From an uncultured delta proteobacterium (GTDB lineage: Bacteria > Desulfobacterota > Desulfobacteria > Desulfobacterales > JAHEIW01): 64,000 nucleotides of DNA. The stretch spans positions 160,001 through 224,000 of the forward strand of contig CAVPNL010000009.1 in the NCBI GenBank assembly GCA_963706575.1, given 5' to 3'. Positions 20,048-29,806 of this stretch are shown here, in pieces. Made by a program: the position numbers and the translations under genes. The notes beneath the pieces were generated by a model. That model did not search any database. It was not told where the DNA came from and saw nothing but the letters and a program-made list of their open reading frames with translations. Positions within the stretch are counted from its first letter, which is position 1; every line of letters starts with the position of its first letter.

Positions 20048-20202
20048 GGAAAAACGATAAATATCGTGTTGGTCTCTCGAATGTGCGTGCATCTTCCCCT
20101 GCGGGCTTCAAACCTAAAAAGCGAATGACCACGCACGAGAACAACGGCATTCAGGGAGCCATAAGCAAAAAGGCAGAGCCAATTTAGGATCTGCCTTTTT
20201 TC
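20048..20202 (+). ncRNA. Candidate sigma54-dependent small RNA
   Basis: Lies between the sigma54 promoter and an intrinsic terminator. Long hairpin GTGCGTG(20083-89)/CACGCAC(20130-36) is extended by TCTC/GAGA and GTTG/CAAC. No ORF with an RBS. Confidence 0.4.
20167..20202. terminator. Bidirectional intrinsic terminator
   Basis: AAAAAGGCAGA-loop-TCTGCCTTTTTT. Confidence 0.75.
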
Positions 20203-20278
20203 TTTGTATTCAGGTTACCGCTCCAAGCAGTCTGTACAAAAAATTATGAAGTAATCTCAATCCGCCTCCGGCGGACGA

Positions 20279-21565
20279 TTAGCCCAGTCGCTTCCCCTCC
20301 AGCACCTTGAGCTGTTTGGGTTGCGGTTCATCATAGCTGTATTGAACCCGCTGGTATTCAGATCGAAAGCGGTTAACCTCTTCTTTAACCGACTTCTTGT
20401 CGATAATGCACGCCTTCATCAATTCAGCAATGCGTTCCATTTCCATTACGCCCATCCCGAAACGTGTCATCTCCTGGACACCGATTCGAATGCCGTCCGG
20501 ATGGTCGTGAGCCTTGAGCGGCTCATGCGGCAGCATATTCATGTTGATAATGATATCGTTGATTTCAAGATTTTTTGAGACCCGTTCACCCCCGCGAAAA
20601 TCCCTCACATTCAAGGCAACCTGATGGCTTTCAGTATACCCGAATTCCTTGGCCTGCACATCAAAGCCAAAACGGTCCAGGGCAGCGGCCAGCACTTTGG
20701 CATTTTTTATCGTATCCACCGCGTACTGCTCACCGAAGTCCATTATTTCATAGGTACAGATGGCCATCTGGGCCAGCGTATCCAGGTGGTGGTTGCTCGA
20801 TGATCCGGGAAAAGCACCTCTGTCAATTCTACGCCAGTCATCATCTTCCATGTTACTGAGGATGAGACCCCGTTGGCTGCCAAAATAGGTTTTGTGGGTG
20901 CTGGCTGTCATTAAAAAGGCGCCTTCTTTTAATGGGCGCTGGAATTGCTTGCCGGCAATCAGACCCAACACATGGGCTGCATCGTAAATGATTCGCGTGC
21001 CGTATTGTTGGCAGACTTCTGAAAGCTCCTGGACCGGCTCCGGAAATAGAAACAGGCTTTTACCCAGAACGACAATTTTGGGCCTGGCTTTTTCGATCAA
21101 ATATATCGTTTTTTCCAGATCAAGATGATATCCGTCCGCCGTCAGGGGGATATCAATGATATTTTTAGTGAATTTTCCAAGCGACCCTTCCCGATGGTGA
21201 CTGATATGGCCTCCAGCCGGAGTTGAGTTGACCATGACCACATCACCGGGGCGGACAAAACGGCTGAATACCGCTTCGTTGGCATTGGTGCCGCTGATGG
21301 GCCTGACCTCGGCGTGATCGCATTCGAAGAGGATTTTTAAATTCGTTGTGAGCTGGTTTTCGATTTCATCAATGTACGATGTTCCCCTGTAGTATCGTTC
21401 TCCCGGGTGGCCTTCTGCATATCGATGCGCGAAATCGGACCCGGCCTGGGTCCGGACGCGCTGACTGACAATGTTTTCGCTGGCTATCAGGTTGATGCAT
21501 CGATTTCGCCATTGAGCCTGCTTCTGGATTAGATTTTCGATTTCGCTGATTTCTTTTACATACAT
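20279..21565 (-). CDS. glyA: Serine hydroxymethyltransferase (archaeal-like type)
   Basis: LIASEN, RYAEG.PGERYY, GGHISH, DAAH, STHKT (PLP Lys), FPGSSSNHHL. Start at 21565 with RBS AAGGGGG. Confidence 0.88.
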   Translation of the reverse strand: MYVKEISEIENLIQKQAQWRNRCINLIASENIVSQRVRTQAGSDFAHRYAEGHPGERYYRGTSYIDEIENQLTTNLKILFECDHAEVRPISGTNANEAVFSRFVRPGDVVMVNSTPAGGHISHHREGSLGKFTKNIIDIPLTADGYHLDLEKTIYLIEKARPKIVVLGKSLFLFPEPVQELSEVCQQYGTRIIYDAAHVLGLIAGKQFQRPLKEGAFLMTASTHKTYFGSQRGLILSNMEDDDWRRIDRGAFPGSSSNHHLDTLAQMAICTYEIMDFGEQYAVDTIKNAKVLAAALDRFGFDVQAKEFGYTESHQVALNVRDFRGGERVSKNLEINDIIINMNMLPHEPLKAHDHPDGIRIGVQEMTRFGMGVMEMERIAELMKACIIDKKSVKEEVNRFRSEYQRVQYSYDEPQPKQLKVLEGKRLG

Positions 21566-21671
21566 TCTAAAAACCCCCCTTTTTTGGATTAAGCCCTGCA
21601 TCTTTCATAGTTCGATATGTTTGTCAAATAGATCGATAAAAACTAAATTGTCGAGTCCGGGAGTTTTCAGC

Positions 21672-21697
21672 GTCATCCCCGCCTGCGCGGGAATGAC
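21672..21697. repeat. REP-like short palindrome
   Basis: GTCATCCCCGC-CTGC-GCGGGAATGAC. Confidence 0.55.
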
Positions 21698-21866
21698 AAG
21701 CTTGAAATGAAAAAATTCTCCACCATCTGAGCAAAATTACCATTCTTTCAGCGAACGCTGAGCCTCTGCTGGAAACGATAAGTCATCTTACCCGATTTCA
21801 CGACTTGCGAACCGACCGGGTTGGACTTATCTTTGTATTAACCACTTGTAAATATGGAGGAATACC

Positions 21867-22067
21867 ATGCCCATCTATGAATATAGCTGCGAACACTGCA
21901 GTTACAAATTTGATAAGCTTGTGATGAGTTCCAATGCCGAAGTGAAATATCCCCTTTGCCAGGGGGGCGTGAAAAAACTGATGTCAACGATTTCCGTAGG
22001 CCATGACGATAACTTAAGCAGCAATCTGCCGCCAGGGGTCGGACCCAAGATGTGCACTAACTGTTGA
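21867..22067 (+). CDS. FmdB-family zinc-ribbon protein
   Basis: MPIYEYSCEHC...KLMS; RBS GGAGG. The second CxxC is degenerate (YPLC). Confidence 0.8.
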   Translation: MPIYEYSCEHCSYKFDKLVMSSNAEVKYPLCQGGVKKLMSTISVGHDDNLSSNLPPGVGPKMCTNC

Positions 22068-22299
22068 GGCCTTTATCAAGAGGATTTTCAGTTTTTTTTA
22101 CCGGGATTGCGGATAGGACAAAAAGGAAGTTTATGTCCGCCGCAGGCCGATCGAGAAAGTCGTTGTTCTCAGCATACATATGGGTATGTGAGCATTTATC
22201 GGAGGCTGTGCTGCACCCTAATTTAAAAAATAAGATGCGAATCCCGCGATAGCGGGGCAACGCAACCATTGAGCCTTAGATGGGGTTTTGAAGCCACTT

Positions 22300-22719
22300 C
22301 TAAGATATCGTGGGATACAGCTCTATCAGCCGATTTCCCAGCATTTCTGCAAGGCGTTTGAAAAGCAGGGCTTCGTTCTGGGGATATTTTTTTAAGATAT
22401 CAAGAAAGACATCCCGATTAAACTTCAGCAGATTGGTTTCCTCCATGCATTCGCCAGCGGCTGAATAACGCTCTCTACCGATCAGCCCCGACCATCCGAT
22501 GATCTCCCCCGGCTGGCGAGCCATATACACAACCGGGCCTTTTTCACCCAGGCTCAGTTTCACCCTGCCTTTGAGCAGAACAAAAAAATGTCGGGCGGAA
22601 TCTCCTTCCTGAAACAAAATCTCACCTTCGTTCTGAAATAATTTTTCTGCAATATCCAGAACTTCCACGGTAAATTGCTTGCCCATGCCTATAAAAAAAT
22701 CAGACATTTTGATGTACAT
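22300..22719 (-). CDS. Stand-alone cyclic-nucleotide-binding domain protein
   Basis: LFQEGD..FFVLLKGRV..GEIIGWSGL..YSAAGEC; no HTH. Confidence 0.85.
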   Translation of the reverse strand: MYIKMSDFFIGMGKQFTVEVLDIAEKLFQNEGEILFQEGDSARHFFVLLKGRVKLSLGEKGPVVYMARQPGEIIGWSGLIGRERYSAAGECMEETNLLKFNRDVFLDILKKYPQNEALLFKRLAEMLGNRLIELYPTIS

Positions 22720-22731
22720 GGTTTAACCTTT

Positions 22732-23901
22732 CTAAACTTTTTCTAACGTCCGTTTAAAGCCTTCCATCGATCCGGTGATGGTGGCATCCGGCACCGCATA
22801 GGATAAGCGAAAATAGCCCGGTCCGTCAAAACCGGCGCCCGGTACGGTTAGAATGAGCTCCTCTTTTAACAGCTGGGTGAATTTGACATCGTCGGGGATC
22901 GGGCTTTTGGGAAACAGGTAGAAAGCGCCTTCGGGCACATGAAATTCATACCCGATTTCAGAAAGACCCTGGCAGAGCATATCGCGCCGGCGCCGGTAAA
23001 TGGAAACATCCACCGTAGTGCCTTGAAGCCGGGCAATCGCATGCTGCATCAGACTGGGAGCGTTTACACACAGCATGGTGTTGATTACGGCAGCGGCGCT
23101 GGCTAACAGCACGGCGTCTTCGGCTTCCGGGTTGACCGCCAGATAACCAATGCGTTCACCGGCCAACGACAGCTCCTTGGAATAGGAGGAGACGATTATC
23201 GAATGCGGATAGGCTTTAAATATAGAGGGCACTTCCAAATCATACACGATTTTACGGTAGGGCTCATCGGCCACCAGATAAATGCGCTTGCCGAATTTTT
23301 GACTGGCGGCTTCCAGCACCCGACCCAGTTCGGCCAGTTCCTCTGCCGCATAGACTGCACCGGTGGGATTATTGGGGGAATTGATCAGCATCACCCGGGT
23401 TTTATCTGTAATCGCCGATTCGATGGCAGCCGTGTCCAGGTGGAAGTCTGCAGCCGTGGGAGCAGTTTTAATTGCGGCTTTGGCAATGAAGGCATAGTGG
23501 TCGTAGCCGATAAAATAGGGGGAGGGGATTAAAATTTCCTCGCCGGGGTTGATGACGGCGCCGAGGGCGTCGTTTAAAGCGCCGGCAGCGCCCACTGTCA
23601 TAATGATGAAATCCGGTGTCAATTTGACATCGAGTAAAGCGCTGAGATAATCGGCGACCGCCTGTCGAACGTGAGGATATCCGGTATTAGGCGTATAGCC
23701 ATGCCCCAGAGATTCGTCGTTGACCAACTCCCTAAGCACTTTTTTAAATTCCGCTGGCGGCGGGACGTCCGGGTTTCCAATAGAAAAATCAAAGACATTG
23801 TCAGGGCCGTATTCGGCCTTAAGCCGCGTGCCCTCTTCGAACATCTTTTTAACCATTTCCATCCCTTCGACCATCTTGATTATTTGATTGGCTATGGGCA
23901 T
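22732..23901 (-). CDS. PLP-dependent class I aminotransferase (aspartate aminotransferase-like)
   Basis: INSPNNPTG, DEPY, SYSKELSLAGERIGY. Confidence 0.92.
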   Translation of the reverse strand: MPIANQIIKMVEGMEMVKKMFEEGTRLKAEYGPDNVFDFSIGNPDVPPPAEFKKVLRELVNDESLGHGYTPNTGYPHVRQAVADYLSALLDVKLTPDFIIMTVGAAGALNDALGAVINPGEEILIPSPYFIGYDHYAFIAKAAIKTAPTAADFHLDTAAIESAITDKTRVMLINSPNNPTGAVYAAEELAELGRVLEAASQKFGKRIYLVADEPYRKIVYDLEVPSIFKAYPHSIIVSSYSKELSLAGERIGYLAVNPEAEDAVLLASAAAVINTMLCVNAPSLMQHAIARLQGTTVDVSIYRRRRDMLCQGLSEIGYEFHVPEGAFYLFPKSPIPDDVKFTQLLKEELILTVPGAGFDGPGYFRLSYAVPDATITGSMEGFKRTLEKV

Positions 23902-23915
23902 TTCTTTCTCCTTTT

Positions 23916-24149
23916 AACTGGCTTCAAACCTATCATCTATTGCCCGATGACCGCGTTGTGAACCGGTTCAAAATGCTTGAATATCGCGGTAAGATGCCGC
24001 TCCCACAAATTGTTTCGAAATAAATCATGAAAAATACGATTGTCTGCTGATCTTAGTGGGAGTGGCTTCCAGCCACGATTTTGACGCTCCGCTTTTAAAC
24101 CGAACCACGCCTTGTCCTCGAGCAATAGCTAACAGTTTTGAAGCCAGTT
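23916..24149. mobile_element. MITE-like element with a nested REP doublet
   Basis: Perfect 13-bp terminal inverted repeats AACTGGCTTCAAA / TTTGAAGCCAGTT. Inner REP pair at 23983-24079. Confidence 0.6.
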
Positions 24150-24167
24150 TGTTGTGTGAAATTGTCT

Positions 24168-25187
24168 TTAATATTTTTGGGTCACTTTTTCAAGCAGCTG
24201 GCGATAGTAAACATAATTTTCAAACGGCACATCGGCGCGCACGCGACCGTCGGCCAGCGGTATGAAGCCGCCCTCTGCAATTAACGGAGGCACCTTTTCT
24301 TCGATCTCCTGCCGGATGGCCGTTTTGTCCTTACGCAGCGCGTCCAGATCGATGCCGCCGATCAGACGCAGATCACGGCCGAATTCCTTGCGCAGGCTGC
24401 GGTAATCCATGGCATCGATGTTAACTTCACAGGCCCACAGGCAGTTAAACCCCCATTTGAGGATGCCGGGGATCAGAATTCTGGCATTGGCAAAAGTTTG
24501 AAAGCAAACGGTTTCCACCTTATGGCGCTGGATTACATCCAAAATGGGCTCATAATTTTTCAGTATAAATTCTTCATACATCTTTGGAGAAATTAAGGGT
24601 CGATCGTTTCCGCCGATGGGTTCGCTGAAAACCACTGCATCGACTTGTACCTCCTGCAGGATCCGATCGGTTAAACGCGCCGCAAATTCGCCCTGGATTT
24701 GCATTCTTTTGCGAACCACATCCGGCTGGTCCATCAGCAACGTCATTACGTTTGTAAAATTGTCCCAATTGCGCACGCCCATGGTCAGAAAAAACCCGCG
24801 GTGAACATAGAGCATCAGCACATGTTCTCTGGATTGCCAGGCGCGGACCCGCCGGGGCCATCGATTGGGAAGCCGCTTTTTGTCGGAAGGATTCAGGCGG
24901 CGGGAAAATTTTTTTAAATCCGTAATTTTATCGCGTCTGGCGAGGAACTTGGGACGGGGTTCCAGGTCCACTTCGATTCGTTCCCGGTGATCGGAAGGAA
25001 ACAGGGTTGCAAGATCGGTATCTTTGGCCAGTCCCTGTGTCCGCCATGCGCGCAGCACATCTTTGCGGATGCCCTCTTCAAAATAAGGGACGCGGTCCGG
25101 TGTCCCGTAGCACATGGTTTGCCTGAAGCGCTCACGGCTGGACATCTTTTCCCTTATTGGCTGTGGATTCATTTTTCCGGTAACCAA
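24168..25187 (-). CDS. Uroporphyrinogen decarboxylase / MtaA-CmuA methyltransferase family protein
   Basis: MSSRERF..PDRVP, PLISPKMYEEF, LIGGID, GGFIP..D..V. The true start may be an internal Met. Confidence 0.8.
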   Translation of the reverse strand: MVTGKMNPQPIREKMSSRERFRQTMCYGTPDRVPYFEEGIRKDVLRAWRTQGLAKDTDLATLFPSDHRERIEVDLEPRPKFLARRDKITDLKKFSRRLNPSDKKRLPNRWPRRVRAWQSREHVLMLYVHRGFFLTMGVRNWDNFTNVMTLLMDQPDVVRKRMQIQGEFAARLTDRILQEVQVDAVVFSEPIGGNDRPLISPKMYEEFILKNYEPILDVIQRHKVETVCFQTFANARILIPGILKWGFNCLWACEVNIDAMDYRSLRKEFGRDLRLIGGIDLDALRKDKTAIRQEIEEKVPPLIAEGGFIPLADGRVRADVPFENYVYYRQLLEKVTQKY

Positions 25188-25340
25188 TAGTATTTTTTGT
25201 TAAAAGCGCATGGTGGCAAAACAGAGAATGGTCGCTCAAATATAAAGGGTTCGTATAGACCTGTCAATAAAGCGATTTTGACACACTGCTATTCCATGGT
25301 TAGAAAATAGATATCTATTCAATCTGAGAGGATCAACATC

Positions 25341-26258
25341 ATGCTTGCCCTTTCGACATCCTGGCAGTCAGGTGAATCGGTAACTGCCGAAGCAATGCTT
25401 GCAGCTTTGAAAAATCTTGAGATCACCGGAATTGAGCTTAGCTATCGTATTTCGGAAGATCTCTATCATGAGATCAAGAATCCGCTCAAGCATTCCGGGT
25501 TAAAGGTCGTTAGCGTCCATAATTATTTCCCGATTCCTTCTGTCAAATCGGGTTCAAAAGGAAGCGGAGATCTGTTTCTACTTTCAAGCCCCCAAAAGGA
25601 GGAGCGTCAAAATGCAATTCGATTTACAACGAGAAGCATTGAATATGCGGCTGAGATGGGCGCTGCGGCGGTGGTATTGCATTGCGGGGTTGTGGAAATG
25701 AATCACGAAATGCAAATGCTTTATCGATACTTTAATTCGAATCGAATTGATTCAGAAGACGCTCAAATCTTTATTCGCAATAAATTAAAGGAGCGGGATA
25801 CTCGTCAGCCCAAGCATATGGACAGTTTACTGGCCAGCCTGGATTGTCTGATACCCGTTGCTGAAAAACAGGGCGTGATGCTGGGGCTGGAAAATCGGTA
25901 TCATTACCATGAACTGCCCGGGTTGGATGATTTTGAAGTTATCTTTGATACATTTAAAGACGCGCCCATCGGTTACTGGCACGACACCGGCCATGCCCAT
26001 GCCAATGAAAGCCTCGGCATGATCCCCAGGGGTTCATTATTGCAGGCCTATACCACTCAGCTCATCGGTGTTCATCTTCATGATGCCGTCGGCCTTGATG
26101 ATCACATGCCACCGGGCAGCGGCGAGATCGATTTTGCGGCCCTAAAACCGTTCCTTAAAGCCGATACCATTAAAGTTATTGAAGTTAAGCCGGGAATACC
26201 GGCTTCAGAAGTATCAGAAGGGATTCGGTTTTTCCGTGAAAAATTGTCAGCAGCTTAA
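25341..26258 (+). CDS. Sugar phosphate isomerase/epimerase (xylose-isomerase-like TIM barrel)
   Basis: SVHN, LEN, HDTGH, HLHD, DDH.PPG.G.IDF. Confidence 0.85.
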   Translation: MLALSTSWQSGESVTAEAMLAALKNLEITGIELSYRISEDLYHEIKNPLKHSGLKVVSVHNYFPIPSVKSGSKGSGDLFLLSSPQKEERQNAIRFTTRSIEYAAEMGAAAVVLHCGVVEMNHEMQMLYRYFNSNRIDSEDAQIFIRNKLKERDTRQPKHMDSLLASLDCLIPVAEKQGVMLGLENRYHYHELPGLDDFEVIFDTFKDAPIGYWHDTGHAHANESLGMIPRGSLLQAYTTQLIGVHLHDAVGLDDHMPPGSGEIDFAALKPFLKADTIKVIEVKPGIPASEVSEGIRFFREKLSAA

Positions 26259-26527
26259 ACTTGCGCCTCAGATAGCGTTTGGGTTCCAAGGATTGATAAC
26301 AAGTTTTATTGACTTTGCTGATCCTATTTAATAAATATGTTTCCATCTGAAGGCACGTCTGATCAGAATTGTAAAATCGACTTTGATCTCAAACCTTGAC
26401 CGGCCTTCATTCTGAACCGCAGCAGATTTTGTGCTACCTCCAGAGTAAATAATCACTTTAATTTGCTTTAAAAACTTTCATGAAATTCACAGATTTTTAA
26501 TCCGTAAAACATAAATGGAGGTCAATT

Positions 26528-27292
26528 ATGAAAAAGTTTTTTCTAATAGCGGCCTCAATGGTTTTGCTCACAGGCCAATCTGTCCTATCAGTAGAGTTGA
26601 CTATCTTAACCGAAAATATGCCTCCTTTAAATTATGTGGAAAACGGTGTCTTGGTTGGTCCTTCTGTGGAGATCGTGAAAGAAATTCAGAGAAGGGTCGG
26701 CTCTCAGGAGCAAATCCAGGTTTATCCCTGGGCAAGAGCATACAAAATGGCTCTGGAAGACGAAAATGTTATTTTGTTTGGGATGACGTATACCAAAGTA
26801 CGCGAAGATAAATTTAAATGGGTCGGACCGTTAGCGACGAAAAGAGACATTCTTGTCGCTCAAAAGGGCTCAGGTATCAAAGTTAAAGATCTGGAAGATG
26901 CCAAAAAAGTAAAACGCATTGGCACACTTAGAGATGATACAAGAGGGCGTTTACTCGAAAGGCATGGGTTTAATAATCTTGAACCTGTTTCGGATGAACA
27001 ATTAAATGCGAAAAAGCTTGCTCTCGGTCGTATAGACTTATGGGCCTATAAAATACCGGGTCTAAGAACGGTTTGTGATCTGGCCGGAGTTGATTACACC
27101 AAATTTGAGGAGGTCTATCACCTGCGGGAAATTGATCTTATGATTGCTTTTTCAAAGAAGACGTCGGATTCAATTGTTCAAAAGTGGAGAGACGCTTTTA
27201 ATGAAATGTTAGCGGATGGCACCATCATGAAAATTCGAAAAAAATGGAATTTGAAATTGGAAGATGATCCATTTCCAGAGATTAAAGACTAA
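26528..27292 (+). CDS. Family-3 periplasmic substrate-binding protein
   Basis: Signal peptide, TENMPPLNY, YPWARAY, ADGT..KIRKKW; RBS GGAGG. Confidence 0.88.
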   Translation: MKKFFLIAASMVLLTGQSVLSVELTILTENMPPLNYVENGVLVGPSVEIVKEIQRRVGSQEQIQVYPWARAYKMALEDENVILFGMTYTKVREDKFKWVGPLATKRDILVAQKGSGIKVKDLEDAKKVKRIGTLRDDTRGRLLERHGFNNLEPVSDEQLNAKKLALGRIDLWAYKIPGLRTVCDLAGVDYTKFEEVYHLREIDLMIAFSKKTSDSIVQKWRDAFNEMLADGTIMKIRKKWNLKLEDDPFPEIKD

Positions 27293-27364
27293 AGCACACC
27301 AATTGCTCTAGCCCATAACCCAGACCTCGCCAATAAGTGCTGACGCATTACGTCATAAAGGATC

Positions 27365-29422
27365 GTGTCCATGCAGCAAGCCTCCTCGTCGAAAACCTCT
27401 CCTAAAGTCAGCAGCATCAGCCGGCGATTTAGTTATGCCTTGATCGGCATCATTACCTTATTGCTAATCGCTTTTGCTGCGGTTGTTATCTTCTTTAATA
27501 TCAGCAGAATGGAGAAGTGGATGGAAATGCGGTTAGACAACGCCATCATGTTTGCACAGAATAGTCTGCCCCTACCGCTTTGGAATATGGACTATACGGT
27601 TGTCAATGATTTTGTTGAAGCCTTATTTTTAGATGAATCAATTGTTTATTCAAAGATATCGTGGAAAGATCAGCTAATCACTGAGAAAAAACGTCCTGGT
27701 TTTCAACTCAAAAAAATTAAATTGGAAACACCCCTGAAATCGTTAAAAGGCCCTGATCTGATCGCTAAATCATCGAATATTTACTTTAAGGACAGCGTTA
27801 TTAGTGAAATTTTAATTGTGATGTCCCGCGAACAAGTGAAAAAACAGGTGCTTTTTCAAATTTATAGCACGATTGCCTTGTTAATCCTTATTATTGCAGC
27901 AATTTGGCTCACATCCATCTTCATCACCAGACGGTATATCTCTTCCCCATTACTGAAATTACAGGAATCAGCGTCAATGATCGCCCGGGGTGATTTGGAC
28001 ACGTTTGTTGATAAAAGCAGTAGTGACGAGATCGGAACACTGGCGCAGCATCTGGATGTCATGCGTGGGTCGATCAAGCGGTTATTCGCCGAACTTCGTG
28101 AGAGCAAGGGGAAACTGGAAGAGTACAGCCGAACCCTGGAACAGAAGGTCGAAGTGCGCACCCGCAAACTGGCGCGGTCAGTGGAAGAGCTAAAAGCCCT
28201 CGGGGAGGTCAGTCAGGCGGTCAGCTCTACCCTTGATCTGGAGATGGTGTTGACAAGCATCGTTCGACACGCGGTGCAGCTATCAAAGACTGATACCGGA
28301 ACGATTTACGAGTTCGACGAAGCAGAGGGTGTATTTCTGCCGAGCATAAACTACGGCGCACCTGCGGAGTATGTTGAAGCGCTGCGCGAGTCGAGAATGC
28401 GTGTGGGGGATCGAACGGTTATCGGCCAGGCCGCTATAAAGCGCGCCCCGGATCAGATTCCGGATCTTGCAGATGTACCGGATTACCCCCTCCCTTACGT
28501 TCAGCAAGCGGGCTATCGAGCGCTGCTCGCATTGCCGCTGCTGCGTGAAGACCGTCTCATTGGTGGGCTGGTTGTAAGGCGCAAAGCAGCTGGAGAATTC
28601 CCTACCCCGGTGGTGGACTTGTTGCAGACTTTTGCGGCACAGTCGGTGCTTGCCATCCACAACGCGCGGCTTTTCCGTGAGATCGAGGAGAAGGGGCGCG
28701 AGCTCGAGAGCGCCAACCAACACAAGTCCGAATTCCTCGCCAACATGAGCCACGAACTGAGAACCCCGCTGAATGCCATTTTGGGCTATACGGAGCTGAT
28801 CCTTGACAACATTTACGGTGATGTACCGGAGAAAATCCAGGAGGTTCTTGAACGGTTAGAAAAAAATGGCCGCCATCTCCTAAACCTGATCAATGATGTT
28901 CTCGATCTTTCCAAGATCGAAGCGGGCCAGCTAACCCTTTCTCTCAATGAATATTCGATGGGAGATGTGATTCAAACGGTTTTTACCTCGGTGGAGGCAT
29001 TGGCAGCTGAAAAGGATCTGGATTTGAAAGTCGAGGTTTCCAAAGATCTAACGATCGGCAAAGGAGACGAACAACGCATTGCCCAGGTGATATTAAATCT
29101 GGTCGGAAACGCGATCAAATTTACCGATGAGGGGGAGGTTAAAATCGAGGTAACTGTATCTAACGAAACGTTTTTAGTCTCTGTGCATGATACCGGCCCT
29201 GGAGTTACGGAAGCCGACCAACAGAAGATCTTTGATGAATTCCAGCAGGCCGACGGATCCAGTACCCGCAAAAAGGGCGGAACCGGTCTGGGTCTCTCCA
29301 TTTCCAAAAAAATAATCGATATGCACGGAGGCCGTATCTGGGTAGAGTCAACTCTCGGGAAAGGCTCGACTTTTCGGTTCACACTGCCGATTCGAGTCGA
29401 AAAGCAAAGGAAGCAAGCATGA
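27365..29422 (+). CDS. Membrane sensor histidine kinase (2TM-HAMP-GAF-HisKA-HATPase)
   Basis: DEIGTLA (HAMP), GAF region, SHELRTPLN, NLVGNAIKF, DTGPG, GGTGLGL. Confidence 0.93.
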   Translation: MSMQQASSSKTSPKVSSISRRFSYALIGIITLLLIAFAAVVIFFNISRMEKWMEMRLDNAIMFAQNSLPLPLWNMDYTVVNDFVEALFLDESIVYSKISWKDQLITEKKRPGFQLKKIKLETPLKSLKGPDLIAKSSNIYFKDSVISEILIVMSREQVKKQVLFQIYSTIALLILIIAAIWLTSIFITRRYISSPLLKLQESASMIARGDLDTFVDKSSSDEIGTLAQHLDVMRGSIKRLFAELRESKGKLEEYSRTLEQKVEVRTRKLARSVEELKALGEVSQAVSSTLDLEMVLTSIVRHAVQLSKTDTGTIYEFDEAEGVFLPSINYGAPAEYVEALRESRMRVGDRTVIGQAAIKRAPDQIPDLADVPDYPLPYVQQAGYRALLALPLLREDRLIGGLVVRRKAAGEFPTPVVDLLQTFAAQSVLAIHNARLFREIEEKGRELESANQHKSEFLANMSHELRTPLNAILGYTELILDNIYGDVPEKIQEVLERLEKNGRHLLNLINDVLDLSKIEAGQLTLSLNEYSMGDVIQTVFTSVEALAAEKDLDLKVEVSKDLTIGKGDEQRIAQVILNLVGNAIKFTDEGEVKIEVTVSNETFLVSVHDTGPGVTEADQQKIFDEFQQADGSSTRKKGGTGLGLSISKKIIDMHGGRIWVESTLGKGSTFRFTLPIRVEKQRKQA

Positions 29423-29784
29423 GTCAGCTGATTTTAGTTATTGAAGATCAGGAAGACAACCGGCGGATCATGCGGGATCTTCTCACAAGCGCCGGCTATG
29501 AGATAATCGAGGCGCTTACCGGTGAAGAGGGCGTCGCCGCGGCCGAGACCCATCGTCCGGCTCTGATCCTGATGGATATTCAACTGCCCGATTTTGACGG
29601 ATACGAAGCGACCCGGCGGATCAAAGCCAACCCTGCCTTGAGCGCTATCCCGATCTTTGCAGTTACCTCGTATGCACTTAGCGGCGATGATGTCAAAGCA
29701 TATGAGGCCGGCTGCGATGCATATGTCTCGAAACCGTTTAGTCCGCGGGCGCTCCTGGCAAAGATCCGTGAATTCATATCATAG
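29419..29784 (+). CDS. Single-domain response regulator (DivK-like)
   Basis: IEDQ, LMDIQLP, VTS, SKP. Confidence 0.92.
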   Translation: MSQLILVIEDQEDNRRIMRDLLTSAGYEIIEALTGEEGVAAAETHRPALILMDIQLPDFDGYEATRRIKANPALSAIPIFAVTSYALSGDDVKAYEAGCDAYVSKPFSPRALLAKIREFIS

Positions 29785-29806
29785 ATGATTTTTTCAAGAG
29801 GAAATA

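Noticed and set aside
20041..20187. 48-aa ORF MYRKNDKY... in the sigma54 unit
   Set aside because: The ATG lies upstream of the predicted transcription start, has no RBS, and the ORF runs into the terminator.
22050..22230. Selenocysteine read-through of TGA after CTNC in the FmdB protein (likewise STNCC-TGA at 34687)
   Set aside because: Both proteins are already full length for their families. The downstream sequence is non-coding or repeat-like and I see no convincing SECIS hairpin.
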